A DNA stretch of 61,406 nucleotides, the filler included. It is 7 parts of 7 records of this genome, joined end to end, with 100 filler letters (N's around TTAATTAATTAA, not from the genome) between each part and the next. Parts side by side here need not be neighbours in the genome. Positions count along the whole stretch, not along the records: positions 1 to 14,066 come from SRR20825010_1963; 6 more parts are not named here. One strand, 5' to 3'. Under the pieces are notes generated by a model. That model ran no database searches. It saw only the letters and a list, made by a program, of their open reading frames with translations, and had not been told where the DNA came from. The translations under genes were made by a program, and so were the position numbers. Below are positions 1 through 9,330 of the stretch, piece by piece (position 1 is the stretch's first letter; each line of letters opens with the position of its first letter).

Positions 1-528
1 GAAAAGCTGATAGCCCCAGAACACGAACCACGGCGCGAGACCACCGGCCAGACGCGCTTTGCAGGTACGCTGCACCACGTGAAAGGAGGTCATGATCAGC
101 ACGTTGCCGCCAAAGGCAAAGATCACGGCGGAAGTGTGCAGAGGCCGCAGGCGTCCGAAATTCGTCCAGGGCAGGTCGAAATTCAGTACCGGGAAGGCAA
201 GTTGCAGGGCAATGACCAGACCGACGGTGAAGCCGACAATGCCCCAAAGAGTGGAGGCAATGGCCCCGGCACGGATGACGTCATCCATATAGCCGATATC
301 GTCACCGGCAACGGGAACTGCAGGGCTTTCGGCCATATCGTAATGGCGTTTCACCAGCACGAAGCAGCCAAGTGTGAAGAATGCAAAGAACAGGAAGGCA
401 TGAAACCCCAATTCGGGGCTATCTGCTTTCGCCATCCAAAGCAGGCTGACAATGGAACCAAGCGCGAAGAGCACGCCCATGATCCATGCGCCACCGCTGT
501 CGCGGTTTGCGGTTAGTGTGCTGTTCAT
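1..528 (-). CDS. ccoN: cbb3-type cytochrome c oxidase subunit I, 5' part (runs off the window edge)
   Basis: Not in the ORF track. Manual minus-strand translation from ATG 528 (preceded by GAGGGAAG) gives [18 protein letters not shown]...[34 protein letters not shown]...[34 protein letters not shown], the CcoN/FixN signature. hemN is adjacent and an FNR box lies upstream. Confidence 0.95.
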   Translation of the reverse strand, partial: MNSTLTANRDSGGAWIMGVLFALGSIVSLLWMAKADSPELGFHAFLFFAFFTLGCFVLVKRHYDMAESPAVPVAGDDIGYMDDVIRAGAIASTLWGIVGFTVGLVIALQLAFPVLNFDLPWTNFGRLRPLHTSAVIFAFGGNVLIMTSFHVVQRTCKARLAGGLAPWFVFWGYQLF

Positions 529-621
529 GACTTCCCTCGCGATACTGAACACACCGGATTGACCATCCCGTTCCGGGAATGGCCGCTAATGGCACGCTAG
601 AAGCGTTTGATCGCGGATACA

Positions 622-635
622 TTGATCCAGATCAA
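622..635. promoter_or_regulatory. FNR/FixK box upstream of ccoN
   Basis: TTGATCCAGATCAA is a perfect TTGAT-N4-ATCAA, about 94 nt upstream of the ccoN ATG. Confidence 0.9.
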
Positions 636-755
636 ATTCCAGCGTCACCTCTGGCCCTGAGGCCGAAATTCCATCAAAAGGCGCGACGCGGCCATGTGGC
701 CGGAACGCGCAGCGGCAAAGCGCCGCATTTTTGAGCGTGGAATATCCTCTGGCTG

Positions 756-2147
756 TCACACGGCTTGGGAATGCCGCGCTTTCCCCGTTTGCAGGTAGGC
801 ATCGAAGCATGCGGCCACGACGCGAACATAGGGACGGCCATCCGTGGTGATTTCGAGCACCTCGCCATCCCAGCTCAGGAGGCCGTCAACCTGCATTTCC
901 TCAAGCGCGTTCTGATTGCCGAGTAACGTGCGAACGTCCATGCCGGCCCCAGCGCAACGCGTGACGACGTCCGTCCTGCCGGCGCACATCAGGTCTTCGA
1001 TGAGCTGTCTGCGCAATCGATCCTCGGCACTGACGGCAATGCCGCGGGCAACCGCGAAGCCGGTCTTGCGGATGCTTTCTTCGTACAGGCGTGTGTTGGC
1101 GATGTTCTGGATATAACCATTGGGGAGCGAGCCGATGGAGGATGCTCCAAGCCCGATCAGCGTGGCGGCATCGTCCGTGGTGTAACCCTGGAAATTGCGT
1201 TTCAGGGTACCGGCCTCGGTCACTTCGGCCATGCTGTCTCCGGGGCGTGCGAAATGATCAAGACCGATTTGCACATAACCGGCAGAGAGCAGTGTTTCTG
1301 TCATGGCCACAGCCTGGTCACGCCGGGCTTCCGCGCCCGGCAGGGCCTCAGCCGGGATCAGGTTCTGGTGTTTGCGCATCCATGGAACGTGCGCATAGCC
1401 GAAGACGGCAACCCGGCTTGGCTCCAGACTGAGAGCCATTTCGACACTGCGGACGGCGTCGCCGGTGCTTTGGTAGGGAAGCCCGTACATCAGATCGAAA
1501 TTCAGGGCGTCGATACCGGCAGTCCGGAGGGCAGCAACGCGATCTGCGACCAGATCAAACGGCTGCTCGCGGTGGATGGCGGTCTGCACGACAGGGGTGA
1601 AGTCCTGCAAGCCGAGGCTGGCCCGGGTGATCCCGGCAAGAGCGTAGGCCTCGACAAGGCTGTCATCGAAACTGCGAACATCGATCTCGATGGCGATTTC
1701 CGCGTCTTGCGCAAACGTGAACCGATCGCGCAAGACGGCCATCAAGCTGCTGAAATCATGTGCATTCAAGCGGTTTGGCGAGCCGCCGCCCCAATGTATA
1801 TGGCGGACGGTGCCCGGCTGGCCGATGTGGCTGGCGACGGTTTCGATTTCCCGCTCCAGCACGCGGGCATATTCCGAAACAGGCCCGTATTTCCGGGCAA
1901 CCTGGGTGGCACAACCGCAATACCAGCAGAGTTCCTTGCAGAAAGGGACATGCAGATAAAGTGACAGGGAGGTATCGGCGTCCAACGCCCCAAGCCAGCT
2001 TTTGTAGACCTCCGCATCGACGCCTTCATGGAAGTGCGGTGCCGTCGGATAGCTTGTGTAGCGCGGCACGCTGCGTGTTCCGTATTTTTGCAGAAGTGCC
2101 CGCTCTGTGATGTCTGCTGTACACATCATGTTCATTGGCTTGTTCAC
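756..2147 (-). CDS. hemN: oxygen-independent coproporphyrinogen III oxidase (radical SAM)
   Basis: PRYTSYPTA, YLHVPFCKELCWYCGC (CxxxCxxC), HWGGG and LKRNFQGYT motifs. The exact start Met is uncertain. Confidence 0.95.
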   Translation of the reverse strand: MNKPMNMMCTADITERALLQKYGTRSVPRYTSYPTAPHFHEGVDAEVYKSWLGALDADTSLSLYLHVPFCKELCWYCGCATQVARKYGPVSEYARVLEREIETVASHIGQPGTVRHIHWGGGSPNRLNAHDFSSLMAVLRDRFTFAQDAEIAIEIDVRSFDDSLVEAYALAGITRASLGLQDFTPVVQTAIHREQPFDLVADRVAALRTAGIDALNFDLMYGLPYQSTGDAVRSVEMALSLEPSRVAVFGYAHVPWMRKHQNLIPAEALPGAEARRDQAVAMTETLLSAGYVQIGLDHFARPGDSMAEVTEAGTLKRNFQGYTTDDAATLIGLGASSIGSLPNGYIQNIANTRLYEESIRKTGFAVARGIAVSAEDRLRRQLIEDLMCAGRTDVVTRCAGAGMDVRTLLGNQNALEEMQVDGLLSWDGEVLEITTDGRPYVRVVAACFDAYLQTGKARHSQAV

Positions 2148-2175
2148 CTGAAATTTCTGGTGGTTCGGGTTGTTT

Positions 2176-2775
2176 CTAGAGGCGGAGTTTTTGGTCGCCG
2201 GGAACGTGGTCGTTTGCCGGCTCCCGCGCGCTCTGCCACTCCAGGATTTCCTGGCGCAGGGAGTCGAACTGGTCTTCCCTCTGACTGCCGAAAATCGGGT
2301 CCGCGATGTCGGAAAGGTCCGCGTCGAGAGAGTCCCAGTCTTCCCTGGTCAGAACGCGCAATGCCGTCGGGAAGAAGATGCTTTCCTCCATCCGGATATG
2401 ACGGCGCTGGGACTCGATGAATTCGAGTGCTGCATTCGTGAACTGACTGCGGGTGATGATGCCCGCGCCGAGGACATTCGAGAGCGCGGCGGCGAAAGCC
2501 TTTATGAAGGCCTCGCAGGCTTCGTGTTCTTCTGCGAGCGGGCCGATTTCCTGCGCGGCGGCAATGTCCCGTGCGGCGATCTTCTCGTAGATCCTGTCTT
2601 CTCGAACGTGATGAAATTCGGCGGGGTAGGTGAGGAAGTAATCGACGATCGCGGAAACAATGTCGTAGTCGGGCTCGCCCGTGAGGTGCGCGTCTTTCAC
2701 CTGATTCTCGAGGATTGACAGCAAGATATCGTGGTGCCGGTGATCTTCTTCCAGGAGTTTCAATATTTTAGGCAT
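2176..2775 (-). CDS. hemerythrin-like (HHE cation-binding) protein
   Basis: Repeated His/Glu motifs: EDHRHH, FHHVRED, LAEEHE, RRHIRMEESIFFP. ATG at 2775 with AAGGGTGG upstream. Confidence 0.85.
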   Translation of the reverse strand: MPKILKLLEEDHRHHDILLSILENQVKDAHLTGEPDYDIVSAIVDYFLTYPAEFHHVREDRIYEKIAARDIAAAQEIGPLAEEHEACEAFIKAFAAALSNVLGAGIITRSQFTNAALEFIESQRRHIRMEESIFFPTALRVLTREDWDSLDADLSDIADPIFGSQREDQFDSLRQEILEWQSAREPANDHVPGDQKLRL

Positions 2776-2837
2776 GACGACCACCCTTGCTTAGGTCTTC
2801 GGTAGCAAGAGCGTATGTGATCTGATCCCGGCCGACG

Positions 2838-2851
2838 TTGACCTATGTCAA
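2838..2851. promoter_or_regulatory. FNR/FixK-type box upstream of hemerythrin-hemN
   Basis: TTGACCTATGTCAA (TTGAC-N4-GTCAA, perfectly palindromic arms), 63 nt upstream of the hemerythrin ATG. Confidence 0.75.
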
Positions 2852-4419
2852 AGAAGGTTCAGACGAGATTTCACGGTCGCGAGTGTGGCCTCCAGCGTGT
2901 CCCCGGCATCTATTTTTTGCCAGTCGCCGAGTGCGCCGTGGCCCTGTTCCGCCTGGGCAAGCATCACCGCTTCGGTGGCGTCGGATGCGTCATTGGACCG
3001 TCCGGCAATCCGCGTTGCCATAACCTCTTCGGAAACGTCGAGCCAGAAGCCTTTGAATGGAACGGAGCGGGACTGTGCCAGGGCCGCGATGGCATCCCTG
3101 TCTTCGGCGCGGTCATTCACCGCATCCATGATCACGGGATAGCCCGCCTGCAAGGCTTCATCGGCCCGGCTCAGCATGGTTTCGTAGACTTGTACGCTGA
3201 CGTCTGCGCTATACGCGGAAGCGGGAAGACGTTCCGTCAGGGCGCACCCGTGAAGCCGTTTCCGGATGACATCGCTACGCAGATGGATGGCACCGGGGGG
3301 CGGGAGGCATAACGGGGCAAGTGCCTGTGCAAGGGTGGATTTGCCGGAGCCGGAGAAGCCGCCGACCGCGATCAGGACGGGCTCTGCCGGTTCGAGTTGA
3401 CGCTGTGCCGCCTGGAAGGATTGGCGCGACTGTTCCAGCATTTCCGCTCTGCTGGACGGATCCTCCTGTGCGTCCGCGCCACTCACCATGATTTTCGCGC
3501 GTATGGCCGACCGGGTGGAGATGAACAGGGGCAGGCATGGCAGGCCGTCATACCCGCCGTCGATGAAGTAACGGTTGAAGGCACGACTGGCGAGCTCGGG
3601 CAGACCCCGGATATCCAGATCGCTCAGGAAATAGGCCAGATCGTAGAGCGTATCGATACAGGCGAAGTGCGGGTTGAACTCGAGACCGTCAAACAAGGTC
3701 GGCGTGCCATCGATAACGCAGATATTCCGCAGATGCAGATCGCCATGGCAATGTTTCGCCTGTCCGGCCTCGACACGGGCGTCGAGCAGTGGCGTCAGCT
3801 TCAAGAGCGCCTCGCGGGCGCGGGCCGTATAGGTTTTCGCTTCGTCCGGAGCGAAATGCCCGGGCTGGGAGGCGAATTCCTCAAGGTTTTCCTCTATCAC
3901 CCAGCGCATTCCGTCGGAGCCTGCCCCCGGAGCATCCTCGGCCGGGAGCGGTTCCGCCGCGTCGTGAAAGGCGCGAATGCGCTCTGCCGTTTGTTCGATC
4001 AATGCCGGGGTTAGCCGGCCTTTTTCGGCCATCCTGTCGAGCAGCAGCTCCTGATCGAAGCGTTGCATTTCGAGGACATATTCAATGGTCTTGCCTGCGC
4101 CATCAAAGGCAATTGTGCCGTCTTCCTCCCGTGTCAGACAGCGAATACCGAGATAAAGCTCGGGCGCGGTCCGGCGATTGAGCTCCAGTTCCGCTTCCGT
4201 GAACCTCTTCCGGCGATCGAGCGTGCCGAAGTCCATATAAGGGAAAGAGACCGCGCGCTTGAGCTTGTAGGCCCGGTCTCCAGCCAGGAAAACATGCGAG
4301 CCATGGGTGACGATATGCTCGGGCTCTTCCGCTGGCCGGGGATCATAGTTTTCCGCGCGAGCCAGAAATTCCAAAGCCGCACTTTGGTTCTCGGTTTCTT
4401 CCATGGTTCGATGGGGCAT
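2848..4419 (-). CDS. bifunctional aminoglycoside-phosphotransferase-like / AAA_33 P-loop kinase protein (COG2187+COG0645 type)
   Basis: N-terminal THGSHVFL...AYKLKR...CHGDLHLRNI...FDGLEFN (APH-like fold). C-terminal GGFSGSGKST Walker A and SDVIRK. Confidence 0.85.
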   Translation of the reverse strand: MPHRTMEETENQSAALEFLARAENYDPRPAEEPEHIVTHGSHVFLAGDRAYKLKRAVSFPYMDFGTLDRRKRFTEAELELNRRTAPELYLGIRCLTREEDGTIAFDGAGKTIEYVLEMQRFDQELLLDRMAEKGRLTPALIEQTAERIRAFHDAAEPLPAEDAPGAGSDGMRWVIEENLEEFASQPGHFAPDEAKTYTARAREALLKLTPLLDARVEAGQAKHCHGDLHLRNICVIDGTPTLFDGLEFNPHFACIDTLYDLAYFLSDLDIRGLPELASRAFNRYFIDGGYDGLPCLPLFISTRSAIRAKIMVSGADAQEDPSSRAEMLEQSRQSFQAAQRQLEPAEPVLIAVGGFSGSGKSTLAQALAPLCLPPPGAIHLRSDVIRKRLHGCALTERLPASAYSADVSVQVYETMLSRADEALQAGYPVIMDAVNDRAEDRDAIAALAQSRSVPFKGFWLDVSEEVMATRIAGRSNDASDATEAVMLAQAEQGHGALGDWQKIDAGDTLEATLATVKSRLNLL

Positions 4420-4482
4420 GACGATTCGGTCCCGTATTTCGGTTGAGCGCCGATCCTGGCGCAGTGCCGTCTACGCGACCAT

Positions 4483-4512
4483 GACATGACTCAATTAGGG
4501 ACATGACTCAAT
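4483..4512. repeat. 13-bp direct repeat GACATGACTCAAT x2 in a divergent intergenic region
   Basis: Identical copies at 4483-4495 and 4500-4512. Confidence 0.8.
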
Positions 4513-4554
4513 CCGGGCCGTTCTCAATCGGTCGGGCGAGCGAAGGAGGAAATT

Positions 4555-5934
4555 GTGGGTAGAGCGGAAATCGACACTGCGGAGCAGGCTGGGCCGTCAG
4601 CGGTGACACGTGAGTTGGCGGATTGGATTGTTTCGATCGGGGCCGATGAGATAGGCGCCGCGCCGCGTGCCTGGGCGACCGATGCGATACTCGACTGGTT
4701 TGGCGTAACCATCGCCGGAAGCCGCGAGCCGTTGAGCCATATTCTTGCCGAAACCATGGGCGAGGAGGGCTCCGGGCCTGCGCGTCTGATTGGCCGCGCA
4801 AATGCATTGAGCCCGCTCAATGCCGCGCTGGTGAATGGCGCTGCGTCCCATGCCCTTGATTATGACGATGTGAATTCCCGGATGCTGGGGCATCCGACCG
4901 TGCCGCTGGTTCCGGCATTGCTGGCGATTTCCGACATGCAGCCGGTATCTGGACGCGCCTTCCTTGAGGCCTTCATTGTCGGTTACGAAGCGGAAGTCCT
5001 GACGGCGGAAATGGTGGGCGAGGGGCATTACAATCTCGGCTGGCACATGACGGCCACTGTCGGCACCGTTGGCGCGGCTGCTGCCTCGGCCCGCCTGCTT
5101 GGGCTGGATGCCGAACAGACGGCGCATGCACTCGGTCTCGCCATTGCGCAGGCTGCCGGTCTCAAATCCATGTTCGGCACAATGTCCAAGCCTTTCCAGG
5201 TCGGCAAGGCGGCGATGAACGGATTGCTGGCAGCCCGGCTGGCTAAAAAGGGCATGACCTCGCGCACCGATGCCATTGAATGCGCGCAGGGCCTTGCCGA
5301 TACCCAGTCCGATGGATTCTTCCCGGCCGAAATAACATCCGGCGGCAACCGGTCCTTTGCGGTGGAGGGAAATCTCTTCAAGTATCATGCGGCTTGTTAC
5401 CTGACCCATTCACCGATCGAGGCCGCCCGCCGGTTGCGGGAGCTGCATTCCATCGAACTGGATGCGGTGGAGCGCGCCACTATCGAGGTGAACAAAGGCG
5501 CTTTGACCGTCTGCAACATCGATCGCCCGGATACCGGCCTGCAAATCAAGTTCAGCCTGAAACATACGGTCGGCATGGCGTTAAGCGGGATGAATACGGG
5601 GGATCTCGACGCCTATACGGACGAGAATGCCCAGGATGAAACCCTGCGCGATCTTGGCAAGCGTTCCGTCGTGGTTGGTGTCGAAAGCGATATCTGGAGC
5701 CACGGCCGGGTTAAACTCGACCTGAAAGATGGATCGTCGGTGGAAGAGGTGCAGAATGTCGGTGTGCCCGCATCTGATCAGCCGGAGCAACGTCGACGCC
5801 TGCTGGCCAAGTTCGGAACCATGAGCGAGCCGGTCCTTGGAGCCAGCAGGACTGATGAGCTTGCCGAGCGTATTTTGTCTCTGAACGAGATTGCTGACGC
5901 CAGCGTTCTTTCGGAAATGGCGCAAACGAACTGA
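4555..5934 (+). CDS. MmgE/PrpD family protein
   Basis: NGAASHALDYDD..GHP, GWHMTATVG and FKYHAACYLTH motifs. GTG start after AAGGAGG. Confidence 0.9.
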   Translation: MGRAEIDTAEQAGPSAVTRELADWIVSIGADEIGAAPRAWATDAILDWFGVTIAGSREPLSHILAETMGEEGSGPARLIGRANALSPLNAALVNGAASHALDYDDVNSRMLGHPTVPLVPALLAISDMQPVSGRAFLEAFIVGYEAEVLTAEMVGEGHYNLGWHMTATVGTVGAAAASARLLGLDAEQTAHALGLAIAQAAGLKSMFGTMSKPFQVGKAAMNGLLAARLAKKGMTSRTDAIECAQGLADTQSDGFFPAEITSGGNRSFAVEGNLFKYHAACYLTHSPIEAARRLRELHSIELDAVERATIEVNKGALTVCNIDRPDTGLQIKFSLKHTVGMALSGMNTGDLDAYTDENAQDETLRDLGKRSVVVGVESDIWSHGRVKLDLKDGSSVEEVQNVGVPASDQPEQRRRLLAKFGTMSEPVLGASRTDELAERILSLNEIADASVLSEMAQTN

Positions 5935-5940
5935 GAGCGT

Positions 5941-6678
5941 TCAGGTCACCCCTGAAGCGATATTCGAAAGCGCTTTCAGGTCGGGGATGATGACCAGGGA
6001 CGGTCGCGGAAGCCGGATGATTTCGGCTTTCTTGAAGCTGGACATGATTCGGCTGATGGTTTCTGGCTGCATACCCAGATGGTCGGCGATACGTTCCCGC
6101 CTCATACTGAGCTTCAGCTCTACCCCGCGCTTGGTGGCCCGGCCGGTGCGTTCGGCAAGATCCAGCAAAAAACCGGCGAGCCGTTCGGCGGCGGATGAGC
6201 GTGCCAGCAGGAACATACGGGACTGGGTGCGGCCGACCTCATCACGAGCAGCCCTGTAAAGGGCTTTCACTAGCCGCGCCGCGCCGGGTGCGCTTTGCGC
6301 GATCGGATCGACTGAGATGATGCACAGTTCGGTCGGCTGTACGGCTTCGTAAAATTCGCGGATATCACCTGGTTTGTGTGGCGGCAGTGGCCATGACAGA
6401 TCGCCATTGGTTTTGAAGGCCGCGATATGACGGCGCCCGTCGTCGGCAACGTGTTCCTGCATGAGCATGCCGTTAGCGACGCGGAAGACGGTATCCGGGG
6501 AAAAGCCTGCGATATCCAGCTTTTCTCCCGCTCGTGCCGAAACGCGGGTAACCGCATTGGGGCACGTGGAGAGACCGGCTTTGCCGACAGCCTGACGGAT
6601 TGGGCAGGTTAACTCCTCGCACCCGCAGCAGGGTCCGGTTCCGGTTCGTTCCGTCAGTGCGGGGGTCGCCCCATCCAT
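5941..6678 (-). CDS. Crp/Fnr family transcriptional regulator (FNR/FixK-like)
   Basis: C-terminal HTH RRERIADHLGMQPETISR (FNR-type ETISR recognition helix), AAERLAGFLLDL, an N-terminal Cys cluster and a central ELC. The start could be 6678 or 6702. Confidence 0.85.
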   Translation of the reverse strand: MDGATPALTERTGTGPCCGCEELTCPIRQAVGKAGLSTCPNAVTRVSARAGEKLDIAGFSPDTVFRVANGMLMQEHVADDGRRHIAAFKTNGDLSWPLPPHKPGDIREFYEAVQPTELCIISVDPIAQSAPGAARLVKALYRAARDEVGRTQSRMFLLARSSAAERLAGFLLDLAERTGRATKRGVELKLSMRRERIADHLGMQPETISRIMSSFKKAEIIRLPRPSLVIIPDLKALSNIASGVT

Positions 6679-6755
6679 TGCCAGTTCGCTTCCCTGTTTC
6701 ATATGCCGGTGGCATGAAAACAGCTGAAGCATGCATACCGGAATACCGGCCGGCA

Positions 6756-6769
6756 TTGATCCAGATCAA
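6756..6769. promoter_or_regulatory. FNR/FixK box upstream of the FNR-family gene
   Basis: TTGATCCAGATCAA, identical to the ccoN box. The shared 16-mer CATTGATCCAGATCAA occurs at 620-635 and 6754-6769. Confidence 0.85.
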
Positions 6770-6785
6770 TTGGGTGCGGGAGGGG

Positions 6786-7571
6786 TCAGCCCCGGGCGGC
6801 GAGGCGCATCTTGATCGGGCCACGGGCCTGACCATTGATCATCTGTTCGAGATAGGGGTCGCCGGCCTGCGGAACGTCGTCGCGTTTTCCGGACCATTTG
6901 ATCTCTCCGTCGAACAGCATGGCGACATTATCGAACCGGCTGCGTGCCGCCTTCATGTCGCCGGTCACGACAAGCACGGTGGTGCCCTTGCCCGATGTCT
7001 CACGCTCGATCAGCGAGAGGATTGTATTGGTCAGGATCGGGTCGAGCCCCGCTGTCGGATCGTCGAGGATCAGCAGTTCCGGGTTACCGACCATGGCGCG
7101 CGCCACGCCGACCCGTTTCTGCATGCCGCCCGACAATTCCACAGGATAGAGATCGGCCATCTCCTCGCCGAGCCCGACGGACGCCATGCGTTTAACCGCA
7201 CGGTCGCGAGCCTCGTCCCGTGGAACGCCTTCATGATGGGTCAGGCGGAAGGCGATGTTTTCCCAGATCCTGAGGCTGTCGAAGAGGGCGTTTTGCTGAA
7301 ACAGCATGCCGATCCGGCCCTGGAAATCGCTCCATTCTCCGGTACTTAGATCGGTGAGTTCGAGATCGCCATACCGCATACTGCCGCTATCGACCTGCAT
7401 CAGGCTGACCAGACATTTCAGCAAGACGGACTTGCCGCTCGCCGACGGTCCAATCAGGACCGTCGACTGTCCGGCGGGAATGTTCAGGGAGACAGACCGC
7501 AGCACCTCATTGTCGGCGAAGCTCTTTGCGAGCCCGTCGATATGGATGTCCGGAGCGTTTCCTGATCCCAT
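6786..7571 (-). CDS. mlaF: ABC transporter ATP-binding protein, MlaF/Ttg2A type
   Basis: GPSASGKS Walker A, MLFQQNALFDSL, LSGGMQKRVG, ILDDPTAGLDPI and a GPI C-terminus. The likely start is ATG 7571 rather than the ORF-track start. Confidence 0.75.
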   Translation of the reverse strand: MGSGNAPDIHIDGLAKSFADNEVLRSVSLNIPAGQSTVLIGPSASGKSVLLKCLVSLMQVDSGSMRYGDLELTDLSTGEWSDFQGRIGMLFQQNALFDSLRIWENIAFRLTHHEGVPRDEARDRAVKRMASVGLGEEMADLYPVELSGGMQKRVGVARAMVGNPELLILDDPTAGLDPILTNTILSLIERETSGKGTTVLVVTGDMKAARSRFDNVAMLFDGEIKWSGKRDDVPQAGDPYLEQMINGQARGPIKMRLAARG

Positions 7572-7593
7572 GCTTTTCTTCCTCGGCGTTTCT

Positions 7594-9318
7594 TTAGCTG
7601 GCGGCGCGAAGATCCTTCGTGCGAGCGTTGTCCACCATGCCTTTTCCATCGACGGCGACACCATATACTGTCTCTGCCGCCTCCGGTGAAACAAAGCCAA
7701 GCAGGACGTCGCGCGCAACCTCTGACGGATCGCGTTCGTGCGGATTTCCGAGACCGCCGCCTCCCGGCATGGAAATGATCAGCTTGTCGTCTCCGTTGAC
7801 GCTCTGTCGGCCTTTCGAATTCAGTCGGCTGCCATCATTGGCCCGTTCGATGATGCCGGCCGTGCCGTCACCGCCGCCGTTACGGCCGCGTGGCGGATAG
7901 GTCACCCGGTCGAACATGCAGTTGATGGCGAAGGGGGCGTGCTGGGAATGGGAAATTTCCATCACCTGACCGACGCCGCCGCGATACCTTCCTGCACCGC
8001 CGCTATCGGGGCGGTACTCCTTACGCCAGATGATCAGAGGCGCGATGGTTTCGTTCACCTCGATTGGGGTGTTACGCACGCCGGACGGAAAGGCCGTAGC
8101 GTTGAGGCCGTCCTTGTCCGGGCGGGCGCCCGTGCCGCCGGCATGGAAGGTGTTGATGGCGAACGGTGTCGCATTGCCATAGTCCGAATCCGTCAGTCCA
8201 TGGCCGCCGAGCAGCACCGGGTTCCACAGGCAGGAGGTGCCTTCAGCCGGCACCTGGTCCGGAATCACCTGATTGAGGCAGCCGAGCACGACATCCGGCA
8301 GCATCTGGCCGATCACGTGCCGGGCTGTAACCGCACACGGGTGTGGTGCGTTCAGGATACTGCCTTCCGGCGCGTTGATGATGACCGGGGCAAGGGAACC
8401 TGCATTGTTTGGCACGGCGCCGCCGATGACGCAGCGGATACCGAAGCTGGCATAGGCCTGCGTATAGGTCAGCGGCACGTTGATGCCGAAGGTCGATATG
8501 CCGGAAGTGCCGGTGAAATCGACCTCGATCTCCTCGTCCCGGATTGTCAGGGCGGCGACCAGATCGATCGGGCTTTCATAGCCGTCGATCCGCATCGAAT
8601 TGTGGTAGGTGCCATTCGGCAGCTCACGGATTTCCGCCGCCATGCCGGCCCGGGCGCCCTCGATCACATAATCGGCGAGCGTGTCGAGCGTCTCCATGCC
8701 GAATTCGCGCATCATGTCGATCAGGCGGGTGCCGCCGACATCGTTGCAGGCGGCGAGGGAGTAGAGATCGCCTTCGACCTCGATGGGGTTACGGACATTG
8801 TTCCGGATGATGGCCAGCACCGGCTCAACGAACTCGCCCTTCTCGGCGAGTTTCATGATCGGGATATTAATCCCTTCCTCATAGATCTGCCGTCCGTCCG
8901 GACCGAAGCCCTTGCCGCCGACATCGACAACGTGGGTGGTGCAGGCGAAGAGGGCGACGATCTCGTTACCGAGAAATGTCGGCGTGACCACGGTGAAGTC
9001 GTTCAAGTGACCGGTGCCGCGCCAGGGATCGTTGGTGACGAAGACATCGCCCGGTTTCATGGTCGAAAGCGGGAACTTCTCCATGAAGAACCCGACCGAA
9101 GCGGCCATGGCATTGACGTGACCCGGCGTGCCGGTGACCGCCTGGGCCAGCATGCGGCCCCTGCAGTCATAAACGCCGGCGGAAATATCGCCGGCTTCGC
9201 GGGCGGAAGTGCTGAAGGCGGTCCGGATCAGGGTCTGGGCTTGCTCTTCCACGACGGAGAGCAGCCGGTTCCACTGGATCTGCATGCGGATCTGATCGAG
9301 GGCTGATTTCTGGCTCAT
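7594..9318 (-). CDS. hydantoinase B / oxoprolinase family protein
   Basis: RTAFS..REAGD, NDPWRGTGHLND, HVVDVGG, EEG and PGGGGLG motifs. Confidence 0.92.
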   Translation of the reverse strand: MSQKSALDQIRMQIQWNRLLSVVEEQAQTLIRTAFSTSAREAGDISAGVYDCRGRMLAQAVTGTPGHVNAMAASVGFFMEKFPLSTMKPGDVFVTNDPWRGTGHLNDFTVVTPTFLGNEIVALFACTTHVVDVGGKGFGPDGRQIYEEGINIPIMKLAEKGEFVEPVLAIIRNNVRNPIEVEGDLYSLAACNDVGGTRLIDMMREFGMETLDTLADYVIEGARAGMAAEIRELPNGTYHNSMRIDGYESPIDLVAALTIRDEEIEVDFTGTSGISTFGINVPLTYTQAYASFGIRCVIGGAVPNNAGSLAPVIINAPEGSILNAPHPCAVTARHVIGQMLPDVVLGCLNQVIPDQVPAEGTSCLWNPVLLGGHGLTDSDYGNATPFAINTFHAGGTGARPDKDGLNATAFPSGVRNTPIEVNETIAPLIIWRKEYRPDSGGAGRYRGGVGQVMEISHSQHAPFAINCMFDRVTYPPRGRNGGGDGTAGIIERANDGSRLNSKGRQSVNGDDKLIISMPGGGGLGNPHERDPSEVARDVLLGFVSPEAAETVYGVAVDGKGMVDNARTKDLRAAS

Positions 9319-9330
9319 GTCTATGCTCCC

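Noticed and set aside
79-516. 145-aa plus-strand ORF
   Set aside because: Antisense shadow of ccoN, which the ORF track missed because it runs off the edge.
2848-4419. Aminoglycoside resistance gene
   Set aside because: Only the APH-like fold is evident. The fused AAA_33 architecture and the context do not support a resistance call.
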